From IMG/VR virus record IMGVR_UViG_3300012347_000446, positions 1 to 55,869 of that record: a stretch of 55,869 nucleotides of DNA. The stretch is one strand, 5' to 3'. Shown here piece after piece: positions 7,078 to 16,800 of this stretch. Origin of the DNA: a virus. Taxonomy: Duplodnaviria > Caudoviricetes. Every line of letters begins with the position of its first letter. Positions within the stretch are counted from its first letter, which is position 1. The notes below the pieces were generated by a model. It did not search any database, was not told the DNA's origin, and saw only the letters and a program-made list of their open reading frames with translations. Both the position numbers and the translations under genes were made by a program.

Positions 7078-9006
7078 ATGGTAGATAAAAATAAAGTCCT
7101 GTTTTTGAACAGTTCTTTTACTAAGAGTGAACCTCTACCAACTGCTGACGGAAAAATTGATAGTGTAATCATTGAAGGTTATGCATCAACCAATGACGTT
7201 GACAGACACGGCGATATTGTTCCTGCAAGTGTGTGGGAAGCTGGTATTAAAAATTACTTGAAAAACCCTGTAATTTTAGCTTACCACAATCACAGTGAGC
7301 CTGTGGGTAGAATGACGGATCACAGAGTAGATGAAAAAGGCCTATATGTAAAAGCCCGTATTTCTGCTGCTGCTGAAGACGTTTTTAATCTTGTAAAAGA
7401 CGGTGTGCTAACCGCCTTTAGCATTGGTTTCCGTATCGTTGATGCGGAATATAATTCAGCCTTAGAGCTGTTTGTTGTAAAAGAACTGGAACTACACGAA
7501 ATATCTGTTGTGTCTGTGCCAGCTAATCAAAATACACTATTTAGTCTTTCTAAGGCGTTTGATACAGCCGAAGAATTTAAATCATTCAAAATGCAGTTTG
7601 CAAGCAAAAGCGACTCAGCTAATGGGCTAGAAGCCTCCAGCGATGTAAACAGCGAAATTAACGAGGAATTGGAAATGAACCAAGAAGAACTACAAAAAAT
7701 GTTGGCCGCTGCCGCTACTGCTGCTGCTCAAGAAGCCACAAAATCTCTGCTAGCTGCTCAAGAAAAAGCTGCTGCTGAAAAAGCTGCTGCTGACGCTGCA
7801 CAAGCTGACCTAGACGCAAAAATCAAGGCTGCTGTTGCACTAGCAACACCAACCACAACTGGTGCTGAAGCCCTACTAGCCGAAGTTGAAAAGCGTTTTG
7901 CTGCTCAAGCCGACGAAACTAAGTCTGTTGTTGCAGGCCTAGAAGCTAGCTTGAAAGAAAAAGCTGCTGAACTAGAAGCCATCCAAAAGTCACGTATGCA
8001 ATTCCAAGACGGCAAAGCCGGCGAAATGTCTTATGCTGACAAAGAAAAGGCTGTTATCCTAGCCAAAATGGCAGGTAAAGCTCTAGATGACACCAAGTTT
8101 GGCCGTGAAATGGTCCAAAAGTTTGGCGCTCACCTACCAAGCGCAACTTGGGAACTAGAAGTTAGCCTGAACATGGAAAACGAAGTACGTCGTCGTTTGG
8201 TTATTGCTCCTACCCTACGTGGTATCTCAATGCAAACCAACGTGATGACTATTCCTGTGAACCCAGAAGCAGGTGTTGCAACTTGGATGGCTAACACAGC
8301 CTTCGGTACAACAGCTTCTGCTGGTAACACTGATACACACGCATTAAAAGAGATCACTCTAAATGCGTACAAAGTAGCAACAAACGAATACGTTGCATAC
8401 GAAGAAGAAGAAGACAGCTTACTGGCTATTATGCCTGTTATCCGTGACGCCATGGTTCGCCGTGTTGCCCGCGCTGTTGACCGTGCAATGATGCGTGGTG
8501 CAGGTACTGGTAGCGATCCAGTTAAAGGTCTAGCCGGTTACGATGCAGTAAGCGCCGTTACCTTAGATATCAGTGACGCAGCAAAAATGACTGTGGCCAA
8601 GCTACAGTTACTACGTCGTGATCTAGGTGCTTGGGGTCTAGACCCATCAGAACTAGTTTACATCGTAAGCACAGAAAACTACTACGACTTGTTAGAAGAC
8701 CCAATCTTCCAAACAATGGACAAAGTTGGTACACAAGCTACAGTTCTAACTGGCCAAATTGGTTCAATTGCTAACACTCCAGTTCTTGTAAGTGCTGAAT
8801 TTGAAGACAAGGCAGCAGGTACTGTTGGCGCTCTGTGCTACAACCCAGGCAACTTCTTGGTTGGTAATCAGCGTGGCCTACGTATCGACACACAAGACCT
8901 AGTGGAAACACAACGTCGTGTTATGGTAGCCAGCCTACGTACAGGTATGACACAAGTTACAACTAACCTAGGCCCAGCTATCTCGGCTCTACGTTACGTA
9001 GCTTAA
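7078..9006 (+). CDS. Fused HK97-type prohead protease + scaffold (delta) + major capsid protein; probable internal MCP start at 7675
   Basis: Protease motifs IEGYAST, DRHGD, AYHNH, FSIGF, EISVVSVPAN; Ala-rich coiled coil; T5 pb8-like capsid C-terminus; no stop between the parts. Confidence 0.9.
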   Translation: MVDKNKVLFLNSSFTKSEPLPTADGKIDSVIIEGYASTNDVDRHGDIVPASVWEAGIKNYLKNPVILAYHNHSEPVGRMTDHRVDEKGLYVKARISAAAEDVFNLVKDGVLTAFSIGFRIVDAEYNSALELFVVKELELHEISVVSVPANQNTLFSLSKAFDTAEEFKSFKMQFASKSDSANGLEASSDVNSEINEELEMNQEELQKMLAAAATAAAQEATKSLLAAQEKAAAEKAAADAAQADLDAKIKAAVALATPTTTGAEALLAEVEKRFAAQADETKSVVAGLEASLKEKAAELEAIQKSRMQFQDGKAGEMSYADKEKAVILAKMAGKALDDTKFGREMVQKFGAHLPSATWELEVSLNMENEVRRRLVIAPTLRGISMQTNVMTIPVNPEAGVATWMANTAFGTTASAGNTDTHALKEITLNAYKVATNEYVAYEEEEDSLLAIMPVIRDAMVRRVARAVDRAMMRGAGTGSDPVKGLAGYDAVSAVTLDISDAAKMTVAKLQLLRRDLGAWGLDPSELVYIVSTENYYDLLEDPIFQTMDKVGTQATVLTGQIGSIANTPVLVSAEFEDKAAGTVGALCYNPGNFLVGNQRGLRIDTQDLVETQRRVMVASLRTGMTQVTTNLGPAISALRYVA

Positions 9007-9013
9007 TTGTTAC

Positions 9014-9041
9014 AACAAGGCCCCTTTTGGGGTCTTGTTTT
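9014..9041 (+). terminator. Terminator after the capsid gene
   Basis: AACAAGGCCCC-TTTT-GGGGTCTTGTT plus T run. Confidence 0.75.
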
Positions 9042-9084
9042 ATAAGTGTATGTTGTACATTTATAAAACAAGAGAGGTATGCTA

Positions 9085-9654
9085 ATGGCAGCAAATTTAA
9101 TCACAAAGCAAGAATATAAAACATATGCCGGCATCTCTAGTACTAATCAAGATGCGGAAATTGACTTATTAATTCCCAAAGTTTCAGCACTAGTAAAAGC
9201 TTACTGCCGTCGCAGTTTTATTGACTATGTTGACGAAGCTCGCACAGAAGTATTTGAAGGCGGCTTTGGCAGTTTACTGCTAAAAGAAAGTCCTGTAATT
9301 CAAGTTATTAGTGTACAGTTAAGCACAGATTATGGTCAGACTTATACAAAGCTAACAAAGTTTACAGACTGGGCTCCCAACGGTGATTACGTAGTAGCTG
9401 TTAATCCTGAAGGATTTAAGCCCTATGTAAACGGTTATAAAGTAAGCTATTTTGCTGGTTACGAAACCGTACCAGAAGATTTAAAACTAGCTCTACTAGA
9501 CTTGGTTACCTACTACCGTAAAAATGACGGCTCAGTACACAACAACAAATCACCCGGAGCTGGTGGCAGTGTTCAACTAGAGTATATCATGAACACTAAC
9601 TTTCCTGCACACATCAAGCGCGTCTTAGACCTTTATGTGGCGGATTATACATAA
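9085..9654 (+). CDS. Head completion / head-tail adaptor (T5 p144-like)
   Basis: LITKQEYK, YFAGYETVPEDLKLA and FPAHIKRVLDLY motifs; position; SD spacing favours ATG 9085. Confidence 0.8.
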   Translation: MAANLITKQEYKTYAGISSTNQDAEIDLLIPKVSALVKAYCRRSFIDYVDEARTEVFEGGFGSLLLKESPVIQVISVQLSTDYGQTYTKLTKFTDWAPNGDYVVAVNPEGFKPYVNGYKVSYFAGYETVPEDLKLALLDLVTYYRKNDGSVHNNKSPGAGGSVQLEYIMNTNFPAHIKRVLDLYVADYT

Positions 9655-11207
9655 TGTCATTTTATACGCCTACCTGGGTTCGTAAGCTAGTAAAAGAAGA
9701 CCACAGTAACATACAGGACTATTTGTCTAAACAAAATAGCGACTTTCGTGACTATATAGACGCCAACACACCTTTTGTGCTATGGTTAGAAATAGGTCTG
9801 ATACGGGAAAGAATTCTTGCTAAAAGCAAACCATATATTCAAGAGTTAGCATTAGCAGTATCACAAACACGAGATGTTTCAGATATAATAATTAAGTTAC
9901 TAGACAAAGCTTATGTAGCTACAATTAATGATTATGCTGATAATAATAGATATTTGCGTATAGATCAATCTGAGTTAGAAACGCTGTTAACTACCTTAAG
10001 TAATGCAGAACTAGGTTCCGTTAAGAAAACTATTACAGACAAGTTTAACAGAACGATGATAGTAACTGATGTTACTAAAAAGAATAAATCTGTTATGTTA
10101 ATTTTGCCAAAGTTTACTACACTTAACTTTGGTGCGGTGTTTAAAAAACAATTAGCAGAAATTGTTGGCAAGTCGAAAGATTTAAAAGACTCAGCTCCAG
10201 TAGCCGCTGTAGGCGGCATGTTTGGTGGTTTAGTAAAATCAGACGCCAGTGCTGATAGCTCAGAAAAGTCAAGAATGTTGGCTTTTGTTAATGAAAACTT
10301 TGCAAAGCTACAGAATATAGGTCACGTAGAGGTCGACGTAGTAAGTGAGTCTGAAAGAAAAGTCATGCGAGGCCAAAACAGCCCCAGACTTATACAGGCT
10401 CTAGTAACTCTGCCAAACGATATTAAAAGGTTTGAGAGATTACAGTTAAAGTTTAGTAAAGAAACTGGTCAGGCCGCTACCCGCGTAAAAGTTCGTAAAA
10501 AGTTTAGTGGTTCTAAGCTAGTGTTTGAATTACTAATAGAACATGGTTTAGCCGTAGGTGTTCCAGAAACACAAGAAGACAACTTATATAAAGCAAAGCT
10601 TGAAAGAGCCTTTACTATAGGACGTGGTCTTAGTAAGACAATTAGAGATAACCCAGGACTACTAGCTGAGTTAGAAACTTCAAAATCAGCAGTAAAATAT
10701 TTAGAAGAGAGTTTAATAAAAACTCTTCTTAAAATTCCTATTAAAGATTATAATAGCAATACTATTATTGATCAAAAAACTAAGGTTACAAAAACAAAAG
10801 TAAAAGCCCAGTTATCTAAAACTTCCAAAGGAAGTACGACTCCTTCTTTAACAGGAAAATCTTTAGTTAACCAAGCAGTTACTAGCTTAACTAACCTACA
10901 AAACCTTATTAACAGCCAATTACAAGACGTAATTAGTGCTAATATGGGTTCTGGTAGTAGTCGTAATATCTTAAACTACCGCACAGGCAGACTAGCTGCA
11001 AGCGCCAAAGTTGAACGTATGAGTGAAAGTCGAGCAGGTATGATTACTGCCTTTTACTCGTATATGAAAAATCCATATGCTACTTTTAGCGAAGGCGGTC
11101 GCCAAAGTATTCCAAAAACCCGTGACCCTAAGTTGCTGATATCAAAGTCAATTCGTGAGATTGCTGCAACACAGGTTGCTAACCAACTAAGGGCAGTTAA
11201 TGTATGA
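9654..11207 (+). CDS. Tail completion protein-like (T5 p143-like C-terminus) with a long N-terminal extension
   Basis: C-terminal LNYRTGRLAASAKV...RDPKLLI; between adaptor and tail terminator. Confidence 0.6.
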   Translation: MSFYTPTWVRKLVKEDHSNIQDYLSKQNSDFRDYIDANTPFVLWLEIGLIRERILAKSKPYIQELALAVSQTRDVSDIIIKLLDKAYVATINDYADNNRYLRIDQSELETLLTTLSNAELGSVKKTITDKFNRTMIVTDVTKKNKSVMLILPKFTTLNFGAVFKKQLAEIVGKSKDLKDSAPVAAVGGMFGGLVKSDASADSSEKSRMLAFVNENFAKLQNIGHVEVDVVSESERKVMRGQNSPRLIQALVTLPNDIKRFERLQLKFSKETGQAATRVKVRKKFSGSKLVFELLIEHGLAVGVPETQEDNLYKAKLERAFTIGRGLSKTIRDNPGLLAELETSKSAVKYLEESLIKTLLKIPIKDYNSNTIIDQKTKVTKTKVKAQLSKTSKGSTTPSLTGKSLVNQAVTSLTNLQNLINSQLQDVISANMGSGSSRNILNYRTGRLAASAKVERMSESRAGMITAFYSYMKNPYATFSEGGRQSIPKTRDPKLLISKSIREIAATQVANQLRAVNV

Positions 11208-11641
11208 GTAAAAGAACAAGCATTATACGTGCACTTGTAGAAAAATTAAAAACCATTGATGGTACTGCACCATACCAAACCAACTTAAGCTCAAACGCTT
11301 ATGCAAAACTAAAATTCTGGGACGAAGTTGAAGACTTTCCTAGTGTATACTGCACACCTGGCAGCGAACAGCGTGAATACCATCCCAGTGGGTTTACCTG
11401 GGGATTTTTAGGCATAAGCATAAAAGTTTACTGTCGTGGTGAAGAAGCCCAAACCGAGCTAGAACAGCTTTTAGAAGATGTTGAAACTTGCGTTGATGCA
11501 AACCGTGTGTTGGTATATGATGAAACCCGGCACTATGAAACAACTGAAATTTTAGTTCAGTCGATTACCACTGACGAGGGGCTGTTAGCGCCTTATGCAG
11601 TCGGTGAAATAAATTTACAGGTTCGATACCAACTTGTATAA
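11204..11641 (+). CDS. Tail terminator (T5 p142-like)
   Basis: Size, acidic FWDEVEDFPS and ITTDEGLLAP motifs, synteny. Confidence 0.75.
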   Translation: MSKRTSIIRALVEKLKTIDGTAPYQTNLSSNAYAKLKFWDEVEDFPSVYCTPGSEQREYHPSGFTWGFLGISIKVYCRGEEAQTELEQLLEDVETCVDANRVLVYDETRHYETTEILVQSITTDEGLLAPYAVGEINLQVRYQLV

Positions 11642-11712
11642 TCATAACCAAAACCAAGTGCAGATAATTGTCTAGCCACGGTCCAAGTTATTAACTATTT
11701 AAGGATACCAAT

Positions 11713-12897
11713 ATGGCATTAAATTTAATCCGTAATAGCAGAGTATTTTTCACTACAAACGTGAACTCTGCTGGCACAGTACAAACAACAGGTCTTACAA
11801 AGACAAACACATTTGAGATTCAAGTTCAAGACGGATTTTCATTCTCACAAAATACAACTCAAGAAACAGTTACACTAAACGAAGCCGGTGCTGCACCAGT
11901 TCGTGGCCAGCGCAGTTTCAACACTGCACTAGAGCCAGTTGATTGGAGTTTTTCAACTTACATTCGTCCTAAGCTAGAAGAAGGCTCAGTAAGTAACCCT
12001 AGCCCTGATGCTGACGACTTTATTGCTGCCGAAGAATCTGTACTATGGAATGCGCTAGCAGGTACTGGAGCCATTGGTGGTGCTGGTGCTGGTTGGACAG
12101 CTACCCCAGGTTTAACTCCAGTTTCAACAGTTGCTTTTGGTAACTCTAACGCTCACCAGCTGCAAAAATTTGGTTTAATCATTGTTTTTGAAGCAGTTGC
12201 ATACGCACTAGATAATTGTGCCGTAGAATCAGCCACAATTGACTTTGGCTTAGACGCTATTTCTTCAATTGCTTGGGCAGGCCGTGGTGCTACAATGCGT
12301 CAACTAAGCACAGTAACTGTTGCTGATGATGCTGTTAACGGTGAAGTTGACTTTACTGGTGGTTTAACTGGCAGTGCAAAGATTCGTGACACTGCTGCCA
12401 AGTACATTGCCAACAAGCTGTCAACCATGACCTTAGCACGCACTACCTTCCAAGGTCAGGGTGCCAAGACTTATACAGTTGCACTAACTGGTGGTAGCTT
12501 AACAATTGCCAACAACTTAACATACTTGACTCCAGCTAACCTGGGCACAGTAAACCAAGCTGTTACATATTTTACTGGTACACGTGCTATTAGCGCCACT
12601 GTTAACGCTTACTTGAAGACTGGTACCAACGAGACTTCAACATTACTAAGCGACTTGCTAACCATGAGCACAACAGACGACGAAAATCAGTTTGCTTGTA
12701 CAGTTGAATTAGGCGGAAGCACTAACCTTAACAAAGTTGTACTAGATATGCCGTTTACAATGGTTGGTATCCCAACTATTAGTTCAGAACAAGTTATTTC
12801 TACTGCTATTACCTTAATGCCACAAGCCGGTTCTACTAGTGCTTACAACATTGAGAATACAAACGAACTAACTGTTAAATACTACGCTGTTGCTTAA
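11713..12897 (+). CDS. Major tail tube protein (T5 pb6-like, no obvious C-terminal Ig domain)
   Basis: LNLIRNSRVFF, DGFSFSQ, RSFNTALEPVDWSFSTYIRP motifs. Confidence 0.85.
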   Translation: MALNLIRNSRVFFTTNVNSAGTVQTTGLTKTNTFEIQVQDGFSFSQNTTQETVTLNEAGAAPVRGQRSFNTALEPVDWSFSTYIRPKLEEGSVSNPSPDADDFIAAEESVLWNALAGTGAIGGAGAGWTATPGLTPVSTVAFGNSNAHQLQKFGLIIVFEAVAYALDNCAVESATIDFGLDAISSIAWAGRGATMRQLSTVTVADDAVNGEVDFTGGLTGSAKIRDTAAKYIANKLSTMTLARTTFQGQGAKTYTVALTGGSLTIANNLTYLTPANLGTVNQAVTYFTGTRAISATVNAYLKTGTNETSTLLSDLLTMSTTDDENQFACTVELGGSTNLNKVVLDMPFTMVGIPTISSEQVISTAITLMPQAGSTSAYNIENTNELTVKYYAVA

Positions 12898-12911
12898 ACA
12901 GTAAGTTTCAA

Positions 12912-12942
12912 GGTACCGGCTGATCCCCGGTACCGCTTTTTT
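12912..12942 (+). terminator. Terminator after the tail tube gene
   Basis: GGTACCGG/CCGGTACC stem plus T6. Confidence 0.75.
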
Positions 12943-12969
12943 CCACTTTGAACATAAAAATTATTACAC

Positions 12970-13377
12970 ATGTCAATTACCCTAAAATCACTGTTAGTAC
13001 CTTCAAAATCTCTTGAGGTTGAATACCCAGGGATGCCTGATTTCAAGATTCAGGTTTCTTTTTTATCACGCGAGACACTACAGTCAATTCGCAAGAAGTC
13101 TACTAAAACAAGTTTTAAAAACCGTCAGCCTGTTGAAGAACTAAATGACGAATTATTCTTAGATCTTTATGTTAAAAATGCCGTTAAAGGCTGGACTGGA
13201 CTAAAACTCAAGTATCTTGAGCAACTGGCCCCAGTTGATTTAACTGGTCAAGATGCCGATGCAGAGCTAGAATACTCTGAAGAAAATGCCCTTTACTTGA
13301 TGAAAAATTCAAGTAACTTTGATAGCTTTATCAGTGAACAGGTAACAGACCTGGGAAACTTTTCAGCGAACAAGTAA
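12970..13377 (+). CDS. Tail assembly chaperone (gpG-like)
   Basis: Position before the TMP; VKGWTGL motif; slippery site near the 3' end. Confidence 0.8.
   Translation: MSITLKSLLVPSKSLEVEYPGMPDFKIQVSFLSRETLQSIRKKSTKTSFKNRQPVEELNDELFLDLYVKNAVKGWTGLKLKYLEQLAPVDLTGQDADAELEYSEENALYLMKNSSNFDSFISEQVTDLGNFSANK
13353..13359 (+). other. -1 programmed ribosomal frameshift site G GGA AAC
   Basis: X XXY YYZ in the correct phase; the -1 frame is open from 13353 into the ORF ending at 13742. Confidence 0.85.
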
Positions 13378-13742
13378 TACAAGTTCGCGATCAAATACGC
13401 AGATACTTTCAAAACACCGACATACACATGACAAAGGAAACTTACTTTGAAATGTGTGAGATGTTAAACCAAGAACCCATAGAAATAGAAATACCCGTTG
13501 ATATCAACGATTTCCCGGATATAGTACAACATTGTTTTGTAATATACGGGATATTGCCTGACCGGTGGGATTCTATGGGTGGCGGGTACATGGGCAAAGA
13601 CTACACAATAGTTTTTGAACTGTTTGATGTATACGAATTAGAAGATCGCGCAGAAATATTACTTTGCCTGGAATTTTTACAACACATGGACAGTGTGCGT
13701 CAAAAGTTAATAGCAGACAAAATAAAATCAAAAAGCCCGTAG
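13353..13742 (+). CDS. Tail assembly chaperone frameshift extension (gpT-like)
   Basis: Open -1 frame containing ORF 13428-13742 (LPDRWDSMGGGYMGKDY). Confidence 0.75.
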   Translation, partial: GKLFSEQVIQVRDQIRRYFQNTDIHMTKETYFEMCEMLNQEPIEIEIPVDINDFPDIVQHCFVIYGILPDRWDSMGGGYMGKDYTIVFELFDVYELEDRAEILLCLEFLQHMDSVRQKLIADKIKSKSP

Positions 13743-13768
13743 CTGTAAAAAAGCTTACGGGCTTTTTT
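13731..13768 (+). terminator. Terminator before the tape measure promoter
   Basis: AAAAGCCCGTA...TACGGGCTTTTTT. Confidence 0.75.
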
Positions 13769-13787
13769 GTACCTAAAAAATTTCGGT

Positions 13788-13816
13788 TTGACAAATCTAT
13801 GCTGGTATGCTATAAT
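13788..13816 (+). promoter_or_regulatory. Consensus promoter for the tape measure gene
   Basis: TTGACA-17-TGcTATAAT. Confidence 0.85.
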
Positions 13817-13881
13817 CGTGTAAACTATAAATCCCAGTTTTGATTTTAAACTGTGATGGTGTCTAGCTATTAGGAGAACAA

Positions 13882-16800
13882 ATGGCCACACAAAATCAAG
13901 TAAATATTGGCATAAACGTTAGTGATAACGGTACCGCCAAGAAAACCGTAAAAAACTTTGAAGAAATAACAAAAGCAGCTAATACAGCACAGCGTGCTGC
14001 GGGCAGTATTAACACGCCCGCCGTTAAAAGCACTCTAGCCCCGGGCGGCACTACTGGTTCACGTATGGTAGCTGCAACCATGGCACCCAGCGAACGATTA
14101 ATGAGTGGTGAAGATTATGGTCGTGCTCGCGGTAGTGCCGGAGCCACAGGAGCCAGTGCTCGTGATTTTGCAAACCAAGCCCAAGGTCTTGGTGGGCTAG
14201 TTCGCCTATACGCTACTTATGCTGCTAACATTTTTGCTGTTAGTGCTGCATTCACTGCACTAAGTAATGCAATGGATACTGCCAACATGGTACGTGGACT
14301 TGACCAGCTTGGCGCAGCTAGTGGAGTTGCACTAGGTAGCTTAAGCAAAGAGCTAGTCAAAGCAACTGATGGAGCTATTAGCTTACGTGATGCAATGACA
14401 GCCACAGCCAAAGCAAGTTCTAGTGGTATGGACAGCGAGCAAATATTACGTATGGGCAAAGTAGCTCAGCAAGCTTCGCAAACCCTGGGCGTTGATATGG
14501 CTGACGCCATTAGCCGTATTAGTCGTGGTATTACTAAGCTAGAACCTGAACTATTAGACGAATTAGGCTTGTTTACAAAAACTGGTAAAGCTGCTGAAGA
14601 TTATGCTAAAAATGTAGGTAAAAGCGTTACTGAACTAACAGACTTTGAAAGACGTGCTGCCTTTGCCAATGCAGTATTAGCAGAAGGCGAAGCAAAGTTC
14701 AGCCAAATAAAATTAGACGTAAATCCATATACTAAACTACTTGCCAGCATAAAAGACCTTGCCCAAGTATCTCTAGAATTCATAAACAAGGGTTTAGCTC
14801 CAATAGTATCTTATCTTAGCAATAGTCCTACTGCTCTTGGAGTGGCCATAGCTGCTCTTGGTACTGTACTTGTTAAGCAGGCCTTACCAGCACTTGGAGA
14901 GTTCAAGGCAGGATTAGCCTCAACCGCAGATAGAGCAAATCAGCTGTCTCTACAAAAAGCGCAAGATGCCAGCAAAGCCAGACTAGCTATTGACGCTGAT
15001 ATACTAAACAAAGTCGAAGCATTAGCTGATGATAAAGTTGCAGCTGTGGACGCTGCGGAGAGAAAAATACAAGTAATAGAAGCTTCTGGTTTAAATAAAA
15101 GATCTGCTGCTTATAAACTGCTTCAAAAAGATATAACTGAAGTAACTCAAGCAGATATAGATGCCGTAGAAAAACGAGCAAAAATTGCAGAAAAAGCAGG
15201 GGATATTAAATCAGCCTCCGCATATCGTGAAGTAACTTCCGCAGTTTTAGAACAAAAGAAGGCAGAAGAAGACCTGGTTATAACTAAGCAAAACTTATCT
15301 AAACAATTAGAAAAAGATGCTAGTGGTATGACTACTTATGGTATGACTGTGCGTGCCGCAGAGAAGGCACAAACAGCAGCAACTAATGCCAGTATAGTTA
15401 GTAACACTGCATATAACGGTAGTTTAATAGGCGTAAGAGCTTCTATGACTTTAATGCGTGCAGAAATGCAAGCAGCAGGAATAGCTACTAATACTTTTGC
15501 AGGTAAACTTCTACTAGCACGAGGTGCCCTTGCGGCTGTTGGCGGAGCTGTATCTACGGCAATGTCGGCATTTGGCCCCCTTATGCTAATAATTACCGCA
15601 GCTAGTTTAGCTTTTTCGTTATTTGACGGCGCATTATCTAAAAATAGTAAGCAATCATCAGAACTTTCTGGATCCTTAGATAAATTAGATGCAAATGCCT
15701 TGCACTTAACAAAAACTATTGATGCAATAAACCAAAAACCTTTCTTGGAAAGAATGTCTCCAGAATCGCTAAAGGTTAAAGCTACTGCATTAGGCGAAGT
15801 AAGTACCGCCATTTCTAGCACTATTAATGATTTGTTAAAAGCAGATAAAGCCGCATCTGGTTGGGATAAGTTTGTTGATGGCATTAAAACTCTGTGGGGC
15901 GGAGACATGCTGTCTAAAACTTCCAAGAGTTTAGCTACAGGAATAACTAGTGGTTTGGCAAATATTGCTGGAAGCCCAGAAGCAAAAGCCTTAAACAAAG
16001 ATTTATCTAATATTTTAAAAATAGATACTGAAACAGCAACATTTCAACAAGTTCAGGATTCCATAAAGAAAATAGGTCAAGAGTCTCCAAAAGACCTTAA
16101 ATTGGTAGAAGAAGGTTTTAAGAGAATAACTTTGGCGTCTCAAGTAAGTGCTGCCAAAGGCACAGAGCTTGTTGATGCGTTCAAAAAGCTTAGTGACATT
16201 AAGCAAACTATTGGTAATAAATTTTTACCAACTGATGACTTAACAAAGTTTGGTCAAGAACTTGCGCTAACTTCCCAAAAATTAGCTGTTGCACTAGAAG
16301 ATCCTCAACAAAAGTTAAATGCAATTATTCAGCTAGGTGCAAATGCCGTTAGTATACCTGGCGCTACTTTTGAACAAGTTTCTGCACTAAACGAAGCAGC
16401 AAGTTTAGCTAAAAACATACAAGTTATAGAGGCTAAGCAGTTAGAAAATAAACAGCAATTAATAGATAAGCAAGAAGAATTATCTAAGTTAGTTGGTAAA
16501 GAACGTGCCGCATCTATTGCTGCTGGAAAACAAACTCAAGTATCTGGATTAAATCAAGAAGGCCTTAGACAAGTAGACAAACTTAAGGCTGATTTAAAAG
16601 AGCTAAAAGCATCCGGCGATGTTAACATAAAAGTCAAAACTGAGTTAACCAGTAAACTAGAAGGCTATACCAAAGAAATAGAAACAGCTACTTTGGGTAC
16701 TTATAAAGCTGGTGCGGATATTGTAGCCAAACAAATTAGCGCCGAGTTTATCAAAGCTGGAAAAGTAGTAAGCGATGCCTATGTTAATATTATCGGCGAA

